Below, piece after piece: positions 58,214 to 64,000 of a stretch of 64,000 nt of DNA. This stretch comes from Bdellovibrionales bacterium (GTDB taxonomy: Bacteria > Bdellovibrionota > Bdellovibrionia > Bdellovibrionales > UBA1609). The DNA is taken from contig CBDBIB010000002.1 in the NCBI GenBank assembly GCA_965205945.1, forward strand, positions 263,999 to 327,998, read 5' to 3'. The notes beneath the pieces were generated by a model, which had not been told where the DNA came from, made no database searches, and was given only the letters and a program-made list of their open reading frames with translations. How positions within the stretch are numbered: position 1 is the first letter of the stretch; the number at the start of each line of letters is the position of its first letter. Both the position numbers and the translations under genes were made by a program.

Positions 58214-60211
58214 ATGGTGCTATTACTTAAGCTTATATTTATTGGATTATTAATCTTACAGGTTTCTTGTAATAATGACAAAAAAGATCAAAATATTTTA
58301 ATTAATTCTTTAAACTTTGAGAATGAGAATTTTAGTGAGCTCATTAAAGATTTAAATGACTTAGAACAAGCCATAGCTTTAAATCAAGTTTTAAATGCAA
58401 ATCCAAAAAGAAGAATCAATCAAATACTTGCTGCATTAGATAATGCTAGAACAGGCGCCTTAACATTAGCAAAGTTTGGAGAAACAGATTTGCAAAGATT
58501 GCAAGACGTGTATGATACTTTTTCAACATCCATAGGACAGTATGATTCTTTTGGAATTTTAGACTTTGAGCAGTCTAGATTTGATAAAATTTTTAATCGT
58601 GTAAAAGCGTTACGGTTTTTAGTCGCAACAAAACTTGGTATAGCTGATAGTTATACGTGGGTGCTTTACAATCATAATTTTGCCGACGGTATAGAGCCTT
58701 ATTTTAACATGTTTTCAGGTAGAGACTTTAATAGGAATTTAGTTAATTGGGTGACAAATTTTCAAACAGATATTCCAAAAGCTAAAGTTCAAGGCAGAAG
58801 TTCGTTTTCATGGATGGTTTCAAAACCATTTTCTTTAAAAGGTATAAAAAACCCGTCTTTTAGATATTTTACTCAATTCACTGTTGTTGCTCCAAATCCA
58901 AAAAACTCATTAAATGATATTGTAAATAAAGTTTTTCAAACTTATATTATATTAGATCAACTCCCCGGTGAGAGCCCTGAAAGGATTAAACCCTCTAGAA
59001 AAATTAGAGTGCATTACAATATAGATGACCTTCCTCTAGCTAGAAATTTTCATGATGCTTGGGTTCCTAAAGTTTCTTTAGAAAAATATCGAGACCATAA
59101 AGTATCAATAGCCTTTTTGTTTGATACAAGACAGATAAAAGAAACTCAGTATTATATCTGGGATATTTTTGATGTAGAAATTCATGGCGCAGGTATTTTA
59201 AAAGATCCAGCTTCAATATATACAGCTAATTTTAATGAAAACTTAGGTGGGTTTAAATCATTATCATTAAATTTTAGTGGGGAAAGGTGGGGAAATGTTA
59301 AAAGTGATCTTTTTATTGAATCAAATTTGGTTACTACAGATGCTTTAATATTGTCTCCTCAGTACTTTGTATCTTTTAATACAGATAGTCTAAGATTAGT
59401 ATTAACAGAAACATTGATTGGAAGAGATTTTACTAAAGCTGAAATAGTTATTTCTACTAATTACAATGGTGCTGTTAACCCAACTTCAGAAGGAATTTTA
59501 TGGGAAACTTTAAGTTCGCATAATGAACCTTTTAATAATAAACAAAGTGTTTTTAATCTATCTAAATATAAAGGTAAGAACATAGTTATTGGTTTTAGAT
59601 TAAGATCTGATGAAGGTGATAATATTTCTTGGAATATTCATTCCTTTTATTTAGAAACAGAGGGAACGGATCTAACTAAAATTAAATATACAGTTCCAGA
59701 TTTAGATAAAAAATATATAATAGCTTCCTATGATTTACTTAGTGATTCATATAAAAAATTTAAAAAAGTATATGATGATCCTAATCTTTCTCCTAAATGG
59801 GTTATTAGAAAAAATTCGGCATCTATTAGCGGTTTTGTTAAGGGGAAGGCCCCATTGTTAGGGGCTTCAAGAATGATATTTCCTGAACTAGATTTATCTG
59901 TTGCAACTAATATTAAAATTAGGGTTACTCATGCTATAAGTCATTTAAAAAATCCGAATGCTATAAAAATTCAAATTAGACTCTCTTGTATTCAAATAAA
60001 GGGTTCGTGTGAAAATTCTTGGGAAGAGGTTGTGTTTTCAGAGAAAATATTTAAAAATACACCTAAAGATTTAAAAATGTCTTCATGGGTTAATATTCCT
60101 AATAAATTTTTAAATCAAAAAGTAGAATTTTCTATGTTTTATAAGGGTGTAAGAAACAATCTCCCAGAGTGGAGTGTTAGGTCTATTGATGTTGGAGGCT
60201 TTAAGAAGTGA
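58214..60211 (+). CDS. Lipoprotein with three repeated beta-sandwich (cleaved-adhesin / DUF5017-like) domains
   Basis: Lipobox QVSC; VSLEKYRDHKVSIAF, ISTNYNG..P....W..L, FNLSKYKGKNIVIGF, and W-x-[IV]-x-x-[VFI] domain ends. Confidence 0.55.
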   Translation: MVLLLKLIFIGLLILQVSCNNDKKDQNILINSLNFENENFSELIKDLNDLEQAIALNQVLNANPKRRINQILAALDNARTGALTLAKFGETDLQRLQDVYDTFSTSIGQYDSFGILDFEQSRFDKIFNRVKALRFLVATKLGIADSYTWVLYNHNFADGIEPYFNMFSGRDFNRNLVNWVTNFQTDIPKAKVQGRSSFSWMVSKPFSLKGIKNPSFRYFTQFTVVAPNPKNSLNDIVNKVFQTYIILDQLPGESPERIKPSRKIRVHYNIDDLPLARNFHDAWVPKVSLEKYRDHKVSIAFLFDTRQIKETQYYIWDIFDVEIHGAGILKDPASIYTANFNENLGGFKSLSLNFSGERWGNVKSDLFIESNLVTTDALILSPQYFVSFNTDSLRLVLTETLIGRDFTKAEIVISTNYNGAVNPTSEGILWETLSSHNEPFNNKQSVFNLSKYKGKNIVIGFRLRSDEGDNISWNIHSFYLETEGTDLTKIKYTVPDLDKKYIIASYDLLSDSYKKFKKVYDDPNLSPKWVIRKNSASISGFVKGKAPLLGASRMIFPELDLSVATNIKIRVTHAISHLKNPNAIKIQIRLSCIQIKGSCENSWEEVVFSEKIFKNTPKDLKMSSWVNIPNKFLNQKVEFSMFYKGVRNNLPEWSVRSIDVGGFKK

Positions 60212-62766
60212 TGAATTTTATATCACTTTTAGGATTTTTATTTTTTCTTCTTTCTTGTTCAGATAGTAAGGAAAAACCTATTAAAAACAATTTATTAAAT
60301 CCTATTATACTTTCTGTTGATAACTCTAAAAAAGTTTCATCAGAAATTGGAAATTTGGTAACAACAGCTATTCAAAAAACATATAATTTAGACTTTGTAC
60401 TTTTACCGGCTGCGTACTTTCATAATATAAATGCCGTGGTTGAAATAAAGGCAGGAATGTCTGATATTGAAATAAATCGTATATTAAAGCACTTTCCAAG
60501 AGGCCCTCAAAATCAATTATTATTTGGAACAATAAAGGGTAAGGTTTTAAAAGAGTTTATTTTAAATAGATGTAGAGAAACTTATGACAAAGAATTAGAG
60601 ACTGCTGGCCTTTGGTACTCTTTAAATTTTAGAGGTGGGTTTTTAACAGCTTCTAATTTTTCAATTGATGGTAGATACCCAATAAATGATGATGAGTATT
60701 ATAGAATAGCTGTTAGCGACGATTTTTATTTTGGTTCTGCTTTTCCAGGGTATAAATATAGAAATTCTTTTGGGTTTACTTTTAAAAAAGAGCGTTATCA
60801 AGGATATATTAATATTGCAATTAAAGCGTATTTGAAATCACTAAATTTTAAAAATACAAGGACACCTTACTGGTCTGCAAAAAGAGCTAGTGTTACTAAC
60901 TCTATAGATGGTTATTTAGGCTTTAAAAAGATTGCAAGTATTCAAGGGACTGGACACACGTCTGCTTTAATAGCAAATACTGTAACTACAAAAGGTATTG
61001 TTACGGCTGTAGGTACTGCAGAGTGGTACCCTAGATATTTGGATGTTTATATACAATCTAAAGAGTCAGACTTAGACCCTCGAACATCTGATGGAATTCA
61101 TTTAGTTATTACAACAAACAATGTTTTGTTAAAGCTTGGTGATGAAATTCAAGTTTCAGGCCTTATTATAGAAGATTTAAGGCTTAATGGTATGGGTGAG
61201 ACTGTAATTAGAGTTTTTAAAGAGCCTAAAATTTTAAATCGTGGAAATGCTCTTCCTAAAGCTGTGGTTTTAGGCCCTGGGGGAAGAAAAATCCCTAATG
61301 ATCGTATTTCTACTTATTCTGGGGTGTTAATGCGTAAAAAAGTTTTAAACTTAAAAGATGGAATAGACTTTTGGGAAAGTTTAGAAGGTATGCGTATTGA
61401 AATGAGGGATTTAAAAATTGTGGGATTTCGTGGTGGTGGAGAAGATCTTATTGAAATTTCTAATAGGCTTTATTTAAACCTTCAAGTTGTTTCTAAAAAT
61501 ACAGTTACTTCAGGCTTAGAGACTGTAAATAATGGGCTTTTAATTGATTATGATAACTGGGACTTTAACCCAGAAATTATAACTATTACAACCAATCATC
61601 TTTCAAAGGGAATTCAAGTTAAAAAAAATAAAAAAGATTATAATGCTTATAATGTTGGTGATGAAATTTTAGGTAAAATAAAAGGTGTTTTAACTTATCA
61701 GAAAAATATTTTTGGTATTGGAGAATATTCAATAATTCTTCCAGAGCCTCAAGAAAGCATTAAATATAAAAATCTTAAAACAAAAGGTTTTGTTCCTCTT
61801 AAGGAACGTGGAATAACAAAGCTTATTTCAAAAGAAAATGAAATTTCTATTGCAACATTCAATCTTGAAAACCTTCCTGGAAATAGGCCCGGTAGAATTA
61901 AAGTTATTGGTAATGTCATAGCTATTAATTTGGGTTGCCCAGATATTATGAACTTAGTTGAAATACAGGATAATAACGGAAGATCTTTTAGAGGCACTGC
62001 TGATGCTACAAAAACAATAAGAAAGCTTTTAGGAATAGTCCAGTCTCAGTGTCCAGATAAACTCTATAGTTTCGTTAATATTGATCCATTTTTACAGGCT
62101 GAAGGGGGTCAACCAGGTGGCAATATTCGTGTAGCAATGTTTTTTAATACTAAGAAGCTATCATATACAGAAAGAAGAGATGGTTTAATAGGGAGTAGAG
62201 CGCTTGTTTATAAAGGTGGTTTATTAAGCTCAAATCCTGGAAGAATTTTCCCAACAGATTTAGTTTTTAAAAATACTAGAAGATCTATTGTTGTTGAATT
62301 TAATGTTTTATCTAAAAAGGGTGAAAAGCTTTATATTATTGGCAATCATTTAAATTCAAAGCTTGGAGATATTGATTTTTGGGGTAATCAACAGCCGGCA
62401 ATACCAAACTCTGATTTTAAAAGATCTCGGCGCACAAATAGAATTAATGAATTTATTAGATGGATAGAACAAGAAAATCCAAAAGCTAATATAGTTGTTT
62501 TAGGTGATTTTAATGCTTTAGTTGAAGAAGAGTCCATGTCTGTTTTAACAGGAAATGGGAAACAACTTAAAAATATGATTTTTACGTTGCCAAAAAATGA
62601 GAGATACACTATTAATTACAATGGGAATTCTCAACCTTTAGATTATATTTTTGTAAATCATGTTTTATTTAATAAATGCTCTGAGTCTGAAATTTTACAT
62701 ATTAATTCTGATTTTATGGGTAGAGTTTCAGATCATGATCCTGTGATTTTAAAAACGTGTTTTTAA
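60208..62766 (+). CDS. Lipoprotein nuclease: 5'-nucleotidase-C-like, OB-fold and EEP domains
   Basis: Lipobox LLSC; IASIQG, YIQS..D.DPRTSDGI, ESLEGMR, ATFNLEN, EIQD, NHLNSK, LGDFN, LDYI, SDHDPV. Confidence 0.85.
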   Translation: MMNFISLLGFLFFLLSCSDSKEKPIKNNLLNPIILSVDNSKKVSSEIGNLVTTAIQKTYNLDFVLLPAAYFHNINAVVEIKAGMSDIEINRILKHFPRGPQNQLLFGTIKGKVLKEFILNRCRETYDKELETAGLWYSLNFRGGFLTASNFSIDGRYPINDDEYYRIAVSDDFYFGSAFPGYKYRNSFGFTFKKERYQGYINIAIKAYLKSLNFKNTRTPYWSAKRASVTNSIDGYLGFKKIASIQGTGHTSALIANTVTTKGIVTAVGTAEWYPRYLDVYIQSKESDLDPRTSDGIHLVITTNNVLLKLGDEIQVSGLIIEDLRLNGMGETVIRVFKEPKILNRGNALPKAVVLGPGGRKIPNDRISTYSGVLMRKKVLNLKDGIDFWESLEGMRIEMRDLKIVGFRGGGEDLIEISNRLYLNLQVVSKNTVTSGLETVNNGLLIDYDNWDFNPEIITITTNHLSKGIQVKKNKKDYNAYNVGDEILGKIKGVLTYQKNIFGIGEYSIILPEPQESIKYKNLKTKGFVPLKERGITKLISKENEISIATFNLENLPGNRPGRIKVIGNVIAINLGCPDIMNLVEIQDNNGRSFRGTADATKTIRKLLGIVQSQCPDKLYSFVNIDPFLQAEGGQPGGNIRVAMFFNTKKLSYTERRDGLIGSRALVYKGGLLSSNPGRIFPTDLVFKNTRRSIVVEFNVLSKKGEKLYIIGNHLNSKLGDIDFWGNQQPAIPNSDFKRSRRTNRINEFIRWIEQENPKANIVVLGDFNALVEEESMSVLTGNGKQLKNMIFTLPKNERYTINYNGNSQPLDYIFVNHVLFNKCSESEILHINSDFMGRVSDHDPVILKTCF

Positions 62767-63121
62767 AATATAGGTTGTAAGAATAGATATAAAAAGTATT
62801 AATGACTTAGATTTAATAAATTATTTATGAAAAAACAAATTTGAAGCTCTCGGTTTTTTTAATTGTTATCTTTATTAAATCAACCATAATAAGTTAAACG
62901 GTGTAAGTATTTTACTAATGAATATATTGAATTTGAAAAGCAATAGTCTCTCTATTTAAGAGACCGCTTAAGAGTTCAAATATTTAACTTTTTAAAATAT
63001 TTTTAGAAATATTAAAGCGTAAATTATTGTTAAGCCGATACCCTATTTTTAAATTATAAAGAGAAACTTTTAGTGATTTACTTGTAAAATACACCGTTTA
63101 TTTCATATTATTTTATAATTA

Positions 63122-64000
63122 ACCCGAGTTCAGACTTTTTAAATCTGGTTTAATACTCTATTTTCATGGGTTTAAGCACGTATTGCTGGTTTAAAAGGAC
63201 GCAGACAATATGTAGTTAATGCTGATAAAAGATTCACTATAAAGTTTTTTAAGACTTTGATGTTAAGAGTGTTCAATATGAAACTCTTCCTTTAAAATTC
63301 CTAAAATAGTCTTAACAATATGGCATTCTAAAGATTATGAAAGGCTGGCAGAATCAAGTGAAACTATGATTTATATTTCTATGATTCATCCCATGGTCAG
63401 GAGAATTTAGACTTTTCAAACAGCTTCTTAAACACCTTTAGCCATAAGTTTTTTAAAGAGGTTCTTTTAAGATATGCCCCTTATCTCCAAAAAGCTTTCC
63501 AAACAAACCATCTGTAAGATTCTCTAAAGGTTTTGTATCATGGACGTTTCCTGGGGTCATAGTGAAGTTTAGGAGCTCTCCTTTATGAGAAATAATGATA
63601 TGAGCTTTAAAACCAAAGAGAACCAGCCCATTGTTGATTTTTTTACGTTTTCAAAGCCCCTTAAAGGTTTTATGGCGACTGATTCTTTTGTTGTTACAAA
63701 CACTCACGGGGCTTGAGTCTAGAATAGATATTCCTGTAATTTGATTCCATGAGTGAGTTTAGGAAAATAAAGAGTTAAGGTGCTCAATATTTTTTAAGTT
63801 CCACAAACCTATTGTAGAACAAGAGTTTTGGGAAATAAGGTTTTAGAAAACTGGAACAACAAACAGATTGTGATAACTTCAGATTCAGATAACGCAGGGG
63901 GAAAACCCTTTCTTCCTTTTTCCGGGTGTGAGTTTGCGCTGTTCGTAATTTAGTCCTAAAATAAAGTCGTCAACAAGAGTAAAACCTCTATAATTTGGTT
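63122..64000 (-). mobile_element. Decayed IS982-family element (frameshifts and stops); the other end is outside the window
   Basis: Fragments LSESEVITI, YNRFVEL, ILDSSPVSVCNNKR, STMGW, FGFKAH, TPGNVHD, FGDKG, IEHS..NFIVNLLS; terminal ACCCGAGTTCAG at 63122. Confidence 0.85.
63327..63430 (+). mobile_element. Right-end fragment of an IS5-family (IS1031-like) element nested in the IS982
   Basis: SKDYERLAESSETMIYISMIHPMVRRI* followed by TTTTCAAACAGCTTC and TTA. Confidence 0.7.

Noticed and set aside
1..64000. tRNA, rRNA or riboswitch genes
   Set aside because: None recognised by eye in the intergenic regions; a covariance-model scan would be needed to exclude them.

Overview
AT-rich bacterial chromosome segment. 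Gene order and content (ffh-rpsP-khpA-rimM-trmD-rplS-rnhB; rpmF-fabH-fabD-fabG-acpP-fabF-rpiB-glyA; GYF/PilZ/STAS proteins; VKOR-DsbA fusion; icmF) suggest Bdellovibrionota or a related deltaproteobacterial lineage (inference). The main feature is a ~9.2 kb head-to-tail array (30.9-40.1 kb, minus strand) of ten paralogous ankyrin-repeat genes. Nine have a signal peptide, a constant two-Cys N-cap and 2-12 repeats; the tenth is headless. Invariant DNA anchors flank variable loop and helix segments that are shared and re-paired between paralogs, like a natural DARPin library. Each gene sits in a conserved ~235 bp spacer unit with its own terminator and RBS. A decayed array unit lies at 27.2-27.4 kb between two near-identical lipoprotein genes with sigma54-like promoters. 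Also present: a putative outer-membrane protein / lipoprotein / EEP nuclease operon, a compositionally atypical aidB-like gene, two probable homopolymer frameshifts, no plsX between rpmF and fabH, and a decayed IS982 with a nested IS5-family end. All calls come from reading motifs by eye; no searches were run.
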